Positions 45,003 to 54,395 of a stretch of 54,466 nt of DNA are shown piece by piece. Position 1 is the first letter of the stretch. Every line of letters starts with the position of its first letter. A program made the position numbers and the translations under genes. Source of the DNA: a candidate division WOR-3 bacterium UBA2202 (GTDB taxonomy: Bacteria > Hydrothermota > 32-111). The notes under the pieces are model-generated. The model was not told the DNA's origin, searched no databases, and was given only the letters and a program-made list of their open reading frames with translations. Location: NCBI GenBank assembly GCA_002327905.1, contig DCUY01000105.1, positions 1 through 54,466 of the forward strand, in the 5' to 3' direction.

Positions 45003-45967
45003 AGAAAATTTTGTTTGCTCTCGGTATAATTATTCTTTTTTTAACGCTCTCATCAAAGCCGGTCTATTATGATGATGTCAGCAATATGCTTTTCACTCTA
45101 TACTCGCAAGAATATTCTAAAGCTTTATCTCAGGCCGATTCAATAGGCATAAAGTATGAAAATGTGATATTATCGGATTTTTTGAGGGCAGGAATATACT
45201 CTACCTACATGAGTGACTTTGAGACAGACACATTATGGGACTCTTTGAAAAAATATTCGGATAAAGTCATAAAGAATCATAATTCGAAGAATGCTTATGA
45301 AGTATTTTTCGGAGGCGGAGTCTATCTGTACCGCACTTATTTTTATGTGTGGAAGAATGATTACAATAATATAATCAAGAACGGAATAAATGCCTTAAAA
45401 TATTTCGATAAATCAATTTCAATGAATGAGAAGCTTTATGACGGATATCTTGGAAGAGGAATTGTAAATTACTTCATTGACAGATTCAAAGATAAGGTTC
45501 CTCTGATGAAACCCTCCGGCGACGGAATAAATGAAATATCTCTTGCGGCTGATTCTGGATTGTTTACAAAGATACCTTCTATGGATGTTTTGGCAATGCT
45601 TTATGCAATGGATAAAAAATATGCAGAGAGCGAGTCCATTTCAATAATTTTAAGGAATGAGTTTCCGGAAAATAGAATGTTCATGTTCACTCACATAAAG
45701 ACTCTTTTGTCAGAAGAAAAATATTCAGAAGCGGCAAATGAATTGGAAATTCTTAAACTGAACATTGAAAAGAATCAAAGAAAAACATATGTAAATCTTG
45801 CTTTTGTTTATTACAATTTAAGTGAAGTATATTATAAAAAGGGCGACTCGGAAAAGTGCAGGGAGAATTTAAGAAAATTGATGAAATTGAAACTGCTGAC
45901 TGACAATAAAAAAGTATTGAAATTCGTCAAAAAGGGCGAAGAGATTCAAAAAAAAGCAAATCAATGA
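44999..45967 (+). CDS. hypothetical signal-anchored helical-repeat (TPR-like) protein
   Basis: N-terminal hydrophobic helix; C-terminal TPR-like helices (AFVYYNLSEVYYKKGDSEKCRENLRKL). ATGA overlap with the UbiA gene. The ORF-track start at 44864 is rejected. Confidence 0.45.
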   Translation: MKKILFALGIIILFLTLSSKPVYYDDVSNMLFTLYSQEYSKALSQADSIGIKYENVILSDFLRAGIYSTYMSDFETDTLWDSLKKYSDKVIKNHNSKNAYEVFFGGGVYLYRTYFYVWKNDYNNIIKNGINALKYFDKSISMNEKLYDGYLGRGIVNYFIDRFKDKVPLMKPSGDGINEISLAADSGLFTKIPSMDVLAMLYAMDKKYAESESISIILRNEFPENRMFMFTHIKTLLSEEKYSEAANELEILKLNIEKNQRKTYVNLAFVYYNLSEVYYKKGDSEKCRENLRKLMKLKLLTDNKKVLKFVKKGEEIQKKANQ

Positions 45968-47073
45968 GCAGAATACTCCTTGTCTCTTATTATTATCCTC
46001 CGTATCCATACGGCGGTGCGCTGAGATTCAAATCATTATTCAGACATCTCAAAGAGAAAAAACACGATGTAAAGCTCCTCACAGCAGGCAAGGAAGGATA
46101 TGATGAAAGAGAAAAAATAATATATGTTGAAGATTCATTTAAAAGAGACGAAATTAAAAGAGGCAGAGGGTTTTTAAGGAGCATCAATCCTCTCCCGGAT
46201 ACTATGATAAAATGGTCATGGAATGTCTGCATGTTTATTGAAAATAATTATGATGAGTATGACAGAATTGTAATAACTGCTCCACCATTCTCTCTTCCAA
46301 TGTTTCTTTCAATCAGACATTCAAAAGAGTATTTAAGTAAATTCATTTTGGATGTAAGAGATATTCTTTATAATGGAGCTCTGAGGGATTACAGAATGTT
46401 TTTCCCGAAAATAACGGATAAAAAAATTGAAAGGAAAATATTCGAAAAATTCTCAACATTCACCACCAATGTAAATCATCAGGCTCATTTGCTTCATAAA
46501 AGATACGAGGTCAATGTTGAGGTTGTATTAAATAATTATGATGATGAGTATAATGCAAAAACAGTCGATATCAAGCATCCTGCTTTTGTTTATACAGGCA
46601 AGATAGATAAAATAAGATTCAATGAAGAAATGTTTTCAGGATTTAATGAATATCTGAAGACTCATGAAGGATTTATTTACATAGCAGGTGAAGATAATGA
46701 CTCTCTGCTGAAAAAATATCTATCCAAAAATATTATATACCTTAAAACTCTCTCAAGAGAGGCATCTGAAGATCTCATTTATTCTGCTGACGGGGGATTG
46801 ATGATGCATTCATTTGACATAAAAGATTCCAAGTCCGTCTTTTCTTACAAAATAACAGATTATTCAAAATATGGAAAACCGATTATATATGTGGGTCCCA
46901 AGACAGAAGCTTCAAAATTCATTTCAGAAAAAAATATAGGTATTTGTGTAAATAAGAAGGAAACAAATAAAATCGCTGAAGCATTTGTACTTTTATATCA
47001 AAATAGAGACAAATTCGGAAATTCGCAGAAATATTTTGATAAGCCATTTATAAATTCCATTTTGGATTTATAA
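45964..47073 (+). CDS. putative GT-B fold glycosyltransferase
   Basis: N-terminus RILLVSYYYPPYPYGGALRFKSLFRHLKEKKHDVKLLT is typical of GT4-like enzymes. No clear EX7E motif. Confidence 0.5.
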   Translation: MSRILLVSYYYPPYPYGGALRFKSLFRHLKEKKHDVKLLTAGKEGYDEREKIIYVEDSFKRDEIKRGRGFLRSINPLPDTMIKWSWNVCMFIENNYDEYDRIVITAPPFSLPMFLSIRHSKEYLSKFILDVRDILYNGALRDYRMFFPKITDKKIERKIFEKFSTFTTNVNHQAHLLHKRYEVNVEVVLNNYDDEYNAKTVDIKHPAFVYTGKIDKIRFNEEMFSGFNEYLKTHEGFIYIAGEDNDSLLKKYLSKNIIYLKTLSREASEDLIYSADGGLMMHSFDIKDSKSVFSYKITDYSKYGKPIIYVGPKTEASKFISEKNIGICVNKKETNKIAEAFVLLYQNRDKFGNSQKYFDKPFINSILDL

Positions 47074-47098
47074 TTATCCACGCTATTCCTATTACATA

Positions 47099-47126
47099 TT
47101 GACTTTATAATATATAGGGTTAAAAT
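47099..47126 (+). promoter_or_regulatory. candidate promoter for the lipoprotein/OmpA-family pair
   Basis: TTGACT 47099-47104, 16-nt spacer, TAAAAT 47121-47126. AGGAGG at 47141-46, ATG at 47152. Confidence 0.4.
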
Positions 47127-47151
47127 ATTTATATAAGCATAGGAGGTCTTA

Positions 47152-48249
47152 ATGAAGTTTAATAGCTCTATTTTATTTTTTGTAATTCTATCTATCTCAA
47201 TCGGTTTCATATTCGGATGCTATGTGATACCCAAAAATATTCCCATTATTGAGAATATAACTTACAGCATTCCTCTCGGTGATACTATTTTGACTGCGCT
47301 TGAGGTCTCAGAGAGTTATTCTAACAGAGATACGATAAGAGGAGACACAATATTTGTCAGAACGGTGACTACCAGTTGGATAAGAGCCGTAAAGGATTCT
47401 AAAGATACTATAAGAATAACCATTGATATTGAAGAACTTCTTCCTGAAGAGATAATTGATACAAATTCCGATTCAACCTATTTCACTTCGACAGTTGACA
47501 AAGTGGAGAATTATGTCAGGTTTTGGGGAAATGTTCCTTACACAACAGGACTTCACCTTCTTCATTCAATGTATTCCGATGGGCAATTGATATACATGGA
47601 CACTGTTGATGTCTTTCTGATGCAGACTGATTCTCTTGATACAACTTATCAATATATTGCCTACGATTTTCCGTTCGGCGAGTATTACCATTTAATAGAA
47701 ATGGTTATTGATTCCGGACAAACTGTAATTGATTCGGTTCAGGCATACTCCTTGATTGCGTGCAAATTCCACCTGACTGGTGACAGAGTGATGACAGTGA
47801 TAAAAGAGCAGGAGCTTCCTTTTACACCGCCTGAGGACAGCCCGCTGAGAATGATAAACTGGGTGAGAATCAATTTAAATATATGGAACAGAGTTCCTTT
47901 CTCTTCAAATTTGATTCTTTTCCTAATTGACTCAATGGACAATGTGGTCTTAAATGATACATTCCTTTTAAACTGCGTGGATAAAGATACTCTCGGAATG
48001 GGAATAGGAGAGGGAGCATATTCAAATTTCAATCTTCATCTTGACGAGGGGCTTGAAGACCTTTTCAGGTATTCTACAATAAAAGCAAAAGCAAGACTTG
48101 AAATTCCAAAACCGGATGATCCGAAAGTTTTTATCACTCCGGAAGATTATATAAGAGTGCAGGGAGCAATTCAAATAAATGTTGATTACGATTATACAAA
48201 AATACCTGTGGGATCCGAAAGTAATAATACTCTGATAGGAGACAAATAA
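47152..48249 (+). CDS. hypothetical lipoprotein
   Basis: Signal peptide with lipobox-like IFGC. 365 aa with no recognisable motif. Its stop overlaps the next start (TAATG). Confidence 0.45.
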   Translation: MKFNSSILFFVILSISIGFIFGCYVIPKNIPIIENITYSIPLGDTILTALEVSESYSNRDTIRGDTIFVRTVTTSWIRAVKDSKDTIRITIDIEELLPEEIIDTNSDSTYFTSTVDKVENYVRFWGNVPYTTGLHLLHSMYSDGQLIYMDTVDVFLMQTDSLDTTYQYIAYDFPFGEYYHLIEMVIDSGQTVIDSVQAYSLIACKFHLTGDRVMTVIKEQELPFTPPEDSPLRMINWVRINLNIWNRVPFSSNLILFLIDSMDNVVLNDTFLLNCVDKDTLGMGIGEGAYSNFNLHLDEGLEDLFRYSTIKAKARLEIPKPDDPKVFITPEDYIRVQGAIQINVDYDYTKIPVGSESNNTLIGDK

Positions 48250-50756
48250 TGAAAAAAATTATATTATTCATTATTTTCATTTTAACATTGTCACTATCAG
48301 TTAGTGCCACATTCGGTTATATGAATTCTCCTTTAACGACTGGATCATACGGTTTGTTTTACAATCCGTCGTTTTTGGGACGCACAGACACGCCATGGTA
48401 TTCATGGGAGCTTGACAGGTTCAGAACAGGATTTTCAAATGATTTAATATCGCCCGCATTTACAGCATATATTTACGAGAATGCCGCAACATCGGGTTTG
48501 TGGGATCTACCGTCAGATACTTTAGATGATGAAAAGAAACAGAGAATTCTGCACGATATAGGCGACTATTTCAGTATTGAGGAGCATTTGGAATTAAATC
48601 TGCTTCCCATAGGTCTAAAGTTCGGCCCTTTCGCAATTGCCACTGAAGTGAGGGAAGCCGCATATATACAGATACCTGATGCATTCTTCGATCTGCTTCT
48701 TTATGGAAATCAATTTGACTCCACTTATGACTTTCAAGATTTTTGTATAGAAAATCAGGTGCTCTCCCAAGTTGCCATGGGTTTTGGAAGCGGGGTTGAC
48801 CTTGAAGGAAACGGCCGTTTGAATTTCGGATTAGCCCTATCATATCTTACAGGCTGGGAATACCTGAAACTATCAGCTGATTCGTTCTTCTTTGAATCCG
48901 AATCAACTCATCTTAGAGTTGTGACGAGAATGAATCTTGATGTTGCTGTTCCGATACCCACAGAAAGTTTCACAACATTTGAAGGGATTTCCGGTTTTAT
49001 TGATCCGGATAATATTTCATTCGCGTCGCCTCCGGGACACGGATTTGACATTAATATGGGAGTATCATGGAATTTGAATGACCAATGGATGGTAGAAGGT
49101 TCTTTCAATCATATTTTTTCAAGAATATTTTGGAGAACAAATGCATACAGATACACTTTCTTTATTGCAACTGATTCTTTGAATATAATCAATCTTCACA
49201 GAATAATAACTTCATACGATTCTCTGCCTGACTCACTCGGCAACGACTCACTGATTCATGCATTGCTTGGAGATTCTTTGATTGTAGGAGAGAGCGAGTT
49301 TACATCAATAATTGAACCTGAAATCAATTTAGGCGCTTCATATACAATGCCGTATATGCCATTTAATATTTTCGGTAGATATACTCAAGGATTTAAGAAT
49401 ACTGCATTTTCATCAAAGGTACCTCAGTTCACATTCGGTTTGCAGTATACTGCATGGAATTTTCTGCTTCTTGAAACCATGTTCGCTCTCGGCGGCAAAG
49501 AGTCTTTCAATTTCAATCTCGGATTAGGATTCAATTTTGACAATTATACATCTGACTTAAATGTCACTCAGGACAGAGGCGCATTTTACTATCAGAAGGG
49601 TCTGCACCTTGGCTCTGCCTCATGCTCACATTCAAGAATCTTCTCTGTTTTCAGCGGCACTGTAATTGATTCAATAACAGGGAAGCCTATATTTGCCAAA
49701 CTGACAACTTTAAGAATGCCCGGAAAGAGAATAGATTCATTATTTACAGACACTCTGGGAAATTTTACTCAGAGACTTCAAAAGTCAACCTTAAAGGTTA
49801 TAGTTACTTCCGACAAATATGATACTATCATTGATTCATTCTACATAAGAACAAACGGAAGAGTGGACAGATTGTACAAGATGAATCCTTCAATGGGCAC
49901 TCTCCTCGTAAATGTGATAAGCGGAATAACGAAGAAGCCTATAGCAAGCGCATCAGTTATATTTACTGACGGTGACACTTTATATACAGATGCTGACGGC
50001 AATGTGACAAAGCGGCTTGATGAAGGAATACACGCTATTACAGTTAAATCTGCTGGAAGAGATGATGTGGTGTTCACTATAGAAATAGAGAGAGGCAAGG
50101 ACTTCTCTCATATCGTGGAGATGTTCCCGACTCACGGAAAACTTATTGTCAAAACATACAATGCAACAACAAAAGAACCTGTAAAATCATTGATAATGGT
50201 TTACTCTCTTGATATGAAGACTGTGGTTGATTCATTTGAAAACGGAGAAATCGGATATGATACTACAAAAGGAATAAAGAAGGGATTTTACAATGTCAGA
50301 ATAGACCCATTGGTTCCCAAGTATATAAAACAGGATAAATTCAACATAGAGGTCAAGGGCGGTCTGATTGAACAGCTTGAGGTGGGCCTTCTGAAAGAGA
50401 AGATGGTCTTTGTATTCAACAATATATTGTTTGATTACAACAAAGCGACTCTGAGAAAGGAATCATATCCAGTGTGCGATTCTCTTGCGATGATAATGAA
50501 GGAGAACCCGTCAATCAAGGTTGAAATTGGCGGACATACCGACTCGCGCGGTTCGTCAAGCTACAACAGAAAACTTTCACAGTCAAGAGCTGAATCAGTT
50601 AGAAATTACCTCATAAGCAAACATTCGATTGATGCCAAGAGAATTGTCGCAAAGGGATACGGAGAGGATGCTCTCATGATATCTCCTGAGAAGAATGAAT
50701 CCGACTATCAGATAAACAGGCGTGTCGAGTTCAAAGTTCTGCAAGGGGCTGAATGA
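48249..50756 (+). CDS. OmpA-family protein: N-terminal barrel-like region, three carboxypeptidase-regulatory-like (CRD) repeats, C-terminal OmpA peptidoglycan-binding domain
   Basis: CRD-like repeats (GTVIDSITGKPI.., NVISGITKKPIASASV..TDADGNV.., VKTYNATTKEPV..). OmpA_C region is FDYNKATLR...IGGHTDSRGSSSYNRKLSQSRAESV...NRRVEFKV. Confidence 0.75.
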   Translation: MKKIILFIIFILTLSLSVSATFGYMNSPLTTGSYGLFYNPSFLGRTDTPWYSWELDRFRTGFSNDLISPAFTAYIYENAATSGLWDLPSDTLDDEKKQRILHDIGDYFSIEEHLELNLLPIGLKFGPFAIATEVREAAYIQIPDAFFDLLLYGNQFDSTYDFQDFCIENQVLSQVAMGFGSGVDLEGNGRLNFGLALSYLTGWEYLKLSADSFFFESESTHLRVVTRMNLDVAVPIPTESFTTFEGISGFIDPDNISFASPPGHGFDINMGVSWNLNDQWMVEGSFNHIFSRIFWRTNAYRYTFFIATDSLNIINLHRIITSYDSLPDSLGNDSLIHALLGDSLIVGESEFTSIIEPEINLGASYTMPYMPFNIFGRYTQGFKNTAFSSKVPQFTFGLQYTAWNFLLLETMFALGGKESFNFNLGLGFNFDNYTSDLNVTQDRGAFYYQKGLHLGSASCSHSRIFSVFSGTVIDSITGKPIFAKLTTLRMPGKRIDSLFTDTLGNFTQRLQKSTLKVIVTSDKYDTIIDSFYIRTNGRVDRLYKMNPSMGTLLVNVISGITKKPIASASVIFTDGDTLYTDADGNVTKRLDEGIHAITVKSAGRDDVVFTIEIERGKDFSHIVEMFPTHGKLIVKTYNATTKEPVKSLIMVYSLDMKTVVDSFENGEIGYDTTKGIKKGFYNVRIDPLVPKYIKQDKFNIEVKGGLIEQLEVGLLKEKMVFVFNNILFDYNKATLRKESYPVCDSLAMIMKENPSIKVEIGGHTDSRGSSSYNRKLSQSRAESVRNYLISKHSIDAKRIVAKGYGEDALMISPEKNESDYQINRRVEFKVLQGAE

Positions 50757-51364
50757 CAAAAAGAATAGCGATATTTATATCTGGAAGGGGCTCCAACATG
50801 GAGTCCCTCCTGAAAAAATCAGGAAAGGAGAATCTTGATGCGGATTTTATTGTTGTATCGGATAATGAAAGAGCAGAGGGATTGAATATTGCCAAAAAAT
50901 TGAATATAAAGACATTTGTATTGAAAGACTGCGGAGGCGGAAGCAGATTAAGCAGAGAAGATTCTAATAAAATAAAAAACATATTGATTGATGAAAGAAT
51001 TGAATTGGTTTTTCTTGCGGGGTTTATGCGGATAATCCCAAAAGACATTATTGATTCATTTCCGAGAATGTTTGTAAACATACACCCGTCTCTTCTGCCT
51101 TCATTCAAGGGAAAAGATGCGCAGAGACAGGCATTCGAGTATGGAGTCAAGTTATCCGGATGCACTGTGCATTTTGTAGATTCGGGAATTGACTCCGGGC
51201 CTATAATTCTGCAGAGATGTATTGATATATCTTCAGCAGAAAATCCCGAGGATGCAGGGAGAATGATTCTTGAAGCGGAGCATCAGGCATATTTTGAAGC
51301 TCTGAAACTGCTTATTTTTAAAAAATATACGATAGACGGAAGAAGGGTTCTCTTTGATACTTAA
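50753..51364 (+). CDS. purN: phosphoribosylglycinamide formyltransferase
   Basis: IAIFISGRGSNMESL, NIHPSLLPSFKG and GCTVHFVDSGIDSGPII motifs. Confidence 0.92.
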   Translation: MTKRIAIFISGRGSNMESLLKKSGKENLDADFIVVSDNERAEGLNIAKKLNIKTFVLKDCGGGSRLSREDSNKIKNILIDERIELVFLAGFMRIIPKDIIDSFPRMFVNIHPSLLPSFKGKDAQRQAFEYGVKLSGCTVHFVDSGIDSGPIILQRCIDISSAENPEDAGRMILEAEHQAYFEALKLLIFKKYTIDGRRVLFDT

Positions 51365-52877
51365 TCTTTTAGCTTATATTCTTTTCGGAGTCTCTTTCTT
51401 TCTCTCTCTCCAATTCAAATATATCGGTATTGCATTTGTGTATATTTATGCATTAATGCTTATCCGCATGTCAAAAGAAGAGAAGATGAAGAGCAGGTTT
51501 TTAAATGCGTTTCTGACATTCTTTGTCTTCTGGCTTATGATGCTTAACTGGCTTTTAGTAATTAATGTAGATTTGACAATACTGCAGAGAATACTGATTT
51601 TCTTCGGATGGATGTTTCTATCAATGCTTATGGGCATGGTGTGGTCTCTTCCTTTCGCGATTGCTTCGGTTAAAAATAATGAGGTTTACTTTATTCCTGT
51701 CATTGTCTCAGCTCTTGAGTATTTCATGAGCTGTACAAGGGACCTGTCATTTTTATGGGTCACTCCTGCAACAGCTATACTTGATTATCCCGTATTGTTT
51801 CAGAGCGCTGACATCGGCGGCTCATATCTTGTCTCCTTCATTGTAATAATGTTTTCAGTTCTTCTGTTTAAATTATTCACTGCAAAGAACGCAGTTATTT
51901 ATAAAATTGCAATTGTCATTCTTCTTTTTACTGTTGTCCTTTACGGCTCATTCAGAATAAAAAATCAGTATTACGGAGAGACAATCAAGGTGACAATTGT
52001 TCAGCCGAATATTCCCGGAGAGATGAAGGAGTCGTATAGGGAATTCATAGAGTACAGATTCAAAGCAATAAAAGAGAACCTTGAAAAGGCAAAGACGCAG
52101 GAGGGCGAGATTGTAATATTTCCCGAGACCGCATCGCCTGTCTATCTGACAAAACGCTCAAAGAATGAAATTAAAACCTATTTGATTGATTTTGCAAATG
52201 AAAATTCAAAATCAATTTTGATAGGAGGCCTAACATACGAGTATGGCAGTAAGAATGAAGAAGACAGATACTATAATTCCGCATTTCTTATTGCTCCGAA
52301 TGAGACTATACAAACATACAATAAAATAAGGTGTGTGCCTTTTGTGGAGCGCCTTCCTTACGAAGAGAAGCTTCGTTTTCTGAAAAAAATAGATTACGGG
52401 CAGGGCGGATATTCTGTCGGAAAGGAGCAGACAGTTTTTAAAGCAGGGAAGAGCAGATTCTCTGCATATATTTGTTTCGAATCAATTTTTCCGACTTATG
52501 TTTCAACATTCGCAAAAAACGGCGCTCAGTTTCTTGTAAACATTTCCGAAGATGCTTGGTTTGTCAAGGGTATAGGGGCATATCAGCACTTTCAGGCGGG
52601 AATACTGAGGGCAGTTGAGAACAGAAGATACCTTGTGAGGGTTTCAAATCCGGGAATCTCCGGAGTGATTGACCCTAACGGCAAAATAGTAGCTTCTACA
52701 AAATTGAACACTGCGGAAGTCTTTACGGAAGATATCGTGCTAAATGACAGCATAACTTTTTTTACTGCATCCGGAAATATTCTCCCGAAGATTTTTCTGT
52801 TGATAATGATATTCATGATAATATTCAAACTAATACGGAGGCATAATGGCACAGCCAAGACTAAGAATAGCGCCTAG
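51354..52877 (+). CDS. lnt: apolipoprotein N-acyltransferase
   Basis: Polytopic N-terminal half plus a CN-hydrolase domain with the E/K/C triad context (VIFPETA, YNKIRCVPFVE, YICFESIF). The TTG start at 51354 is uncertain. Confidence 0.85.
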   Translation: MILNLLAYILFGVSFFLSLQFKYIGIAFVYIYALMLIRMSKEEKMKSRFLNAFLTFFVFWLMMLNWLLVINVDLTILQRILIFFGWMFLSMLMGMVWSLPFAIASVKNNEVYFIPVIVSALEYFMSCTRDLSFLWVTPATAILDYPVLFQSADIGGSYLVSFIVIMFSVLLFKLFTAKNAVIYKIAIVILLFTVVLYGSFRIKNQYYGETIKVTIVQPNIPGEMKESYREFIEYRFKAIKENLEKAKTQEGEIVIFPETASPVYLTKRSKNEIKTYLIDFANENSKSILIGGLTYEYGSKNEEDRYYNSAFLIAPNETIQTYNKIRCVPFVERLPYEEKLRFLKKIDYGQGGYSVGKEQTVFKAGKSRFSAYICFESIFPTYVSTFAKNGAQFLVNISEDAWFVKGIGAYQHFQAGILRAVENRRYLVRVSNPGISGVIDPNGKIVASTKLNTAEVFTEDIVLNDSITFFTASGNILPKIFLLIMIFMIIFKLIRRHNGTAKTKNSA

Positions 52878-54270
52878 TCCTACGGGATATCTTCATGTCG
52901 GAACTGCAAGGACGGCTTTATATAATTATCTTTATGCAAAACAGCAAAACGGAGTCTTTGTACTGAGAATAGAGGACACTGATGTGGAACGTTCCTCAAA
53001 AGAGATGACTGAGATAATAATTGAAGGATTAAAGTGGCTCGGTCTCAATTATGACGAAGGTCCGTTCTTTCAGTCCGATTATTTCAAACACTATACTGAT
53101 TATATTCCGGAACTTGAAAAAACAGGAGGAATATACAGATGCTTCTGCACTCCCAAGGAGCTTGATGAGAGAAAGAATATAGTTATGGCGGAGAAGAAGG
53201 CATGGAAGTATGACAGAAAGTGCGCCCACCTTACAAAAGATGAGATAAATAAAAATCTTGAAAGTAAAAAGCCCTTTGCATGGAGAGTGCGCATACCAGA
53301 GGGAAAGACCAATTATGATGACATGATACACGGAATAATAGAAAAAGACAACAGTGAGATTGAAGATTTCATTATTGTGAGAAGCGACAATACTCCGATT
53401 TACAATTTCGCTGTTGTGGTTGACGATGTCAGAATGAAGATAACTCATGTTGTCAGAGGAGACGACCATATTTCCAATACTTTCAAACAGATTCACATAT
53501 ACCGTCTTTTAAATGCCGAGCCTCCGCGTTTCGCGCATCTTCCTCTGATTCTTGACGAGAATAAGGCAAAACTTTCAAAGAGGACAGGCACAGTCTCTGT
53601 TCTTGCATTCAGGGACATGGGTGTTCTTCCTGAGGCATTTGTCAATTTCATTGCTCTGATAGGATGGAATCCCGGCGGGGATAAGGAGATAATGTCGCTT
53701 GACGAAATGGTGAAATTATTTTCATTTGAAAAGGTGACAAAGAAGGGCGGAGTCTTTGATTATAAAAAGCTTGAGTGGATGAACTCCAAATACATTACGA
53801 ATTATGATTCCAAGAAACTTCTTGAAATAACAAAGCCTTTTTTCAAAGAGGCGGGGATAGATATTTCGCAAGTGAGTGAAGAGACGCTTTTCAAAATAAT
53901 GGACAGTGTAAAGGAGAAGGCGAGATACCTTAAAGACATACCTCAGCTGACAAAATTCTTTTTTGAAGAGATTAAAGAGTATGACGAAAAGGGAAAATCG
54001 AAGTTTTTAACTCCTGACAGAATAGAGCATTTGAAAGTTCTTAAAGAGAGGCTGATGAATGTGGAAATATTCAATCATGATTCAGTAGAGGCAGTGTATA
54101 AAGCTTACGCTGAGGAGAAATCACTCAAAGGAGCTGATATTATTCACCCGACAAGAATGGCTCTATCAGGCAAGACAGAAGGACCTTCATTGTTTTTAAT
54201 GATGGAGATAATGGGCAAAGAGAGAGTTCTTTCACGCTTGACAAAAATTATAGAATCTGATATATTATAG
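52846..54270 (+). CDS. gltX: glutamate--tRNA ligase
   Basis: HIGH region PSPTGYLHVGTART and KMSKS-type KLSKR. 474 aa. GGAGG precedes the ATG, which overlaps the lnt 3' end. Confidence 0.93.
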   Translation: MAQPRLRIAPSPTGYLHVGTARTALYNYLYAKQQNGVFVLRIEDTDVERSSKEMTEIIIEGLKWLGLNYDEGPFFQSDYFKHYTDYIPELEKTGGIYRCFCTPKELDERKNIVMAEKKAWKYDRKCAHLTKDEINKNLESKKPFAWRVRIPEGKTNYDDMIHGIIEKDNSEIEDFIIVRSDNTPIYNFAVVVDDVRMKITHVVRGDDHISNTFKQIHIYRLLNAEPPRFAHLPLILDENKAKLSKRTGTVSVLAFRDMGVLPEAFVNFIALIGWNPGGDKEIMSLDEMVKLFSFEKVTKKGGVFDYKKLEWMNSKYITNYDSKKLLEITKPFFKEAGIDISQVSEETLFKIMDSVKEKARYLKDIPQLTKFFFEEIKEYDEKGKSKFLTPDRIEHLKVLKERLMNVEIFNHDSVEAVYKAYAEEKSLKGADIIHPTRMALSGKTEGPSLFLMMEIMGKERVLSRLTKIIESDIL

Positions 54271-54281
54271 CACTTGAAAGT

Positions 54282-54356
54282 GGCGGTATCGTCTAGGGGC
54301 TAGGACGTGTGGTTCTCAGCCATAAAACCGGGGTTCGATTCCCCGTACCGCTACCA
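54282..54356 (+). tRNA. tRNA-Glu (anticodon CTC)
   Basis: Hand fold: acceptor GGCGGTA/TACCGCT (G1.U72 wobble), D arm GTCT..GGAC, anticodon stem TGTGG/CCATA with loop TTCTCAG, 4-nt variable loop, T arm CGGGG-TTCGATT-CCCCG, A73, encoded CCA. Confidence 0.85.
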
Positions 54357-54395
54357 AAAAAACTGAGATTTTGTTCTTTTTTTTATTAGAAAAAT

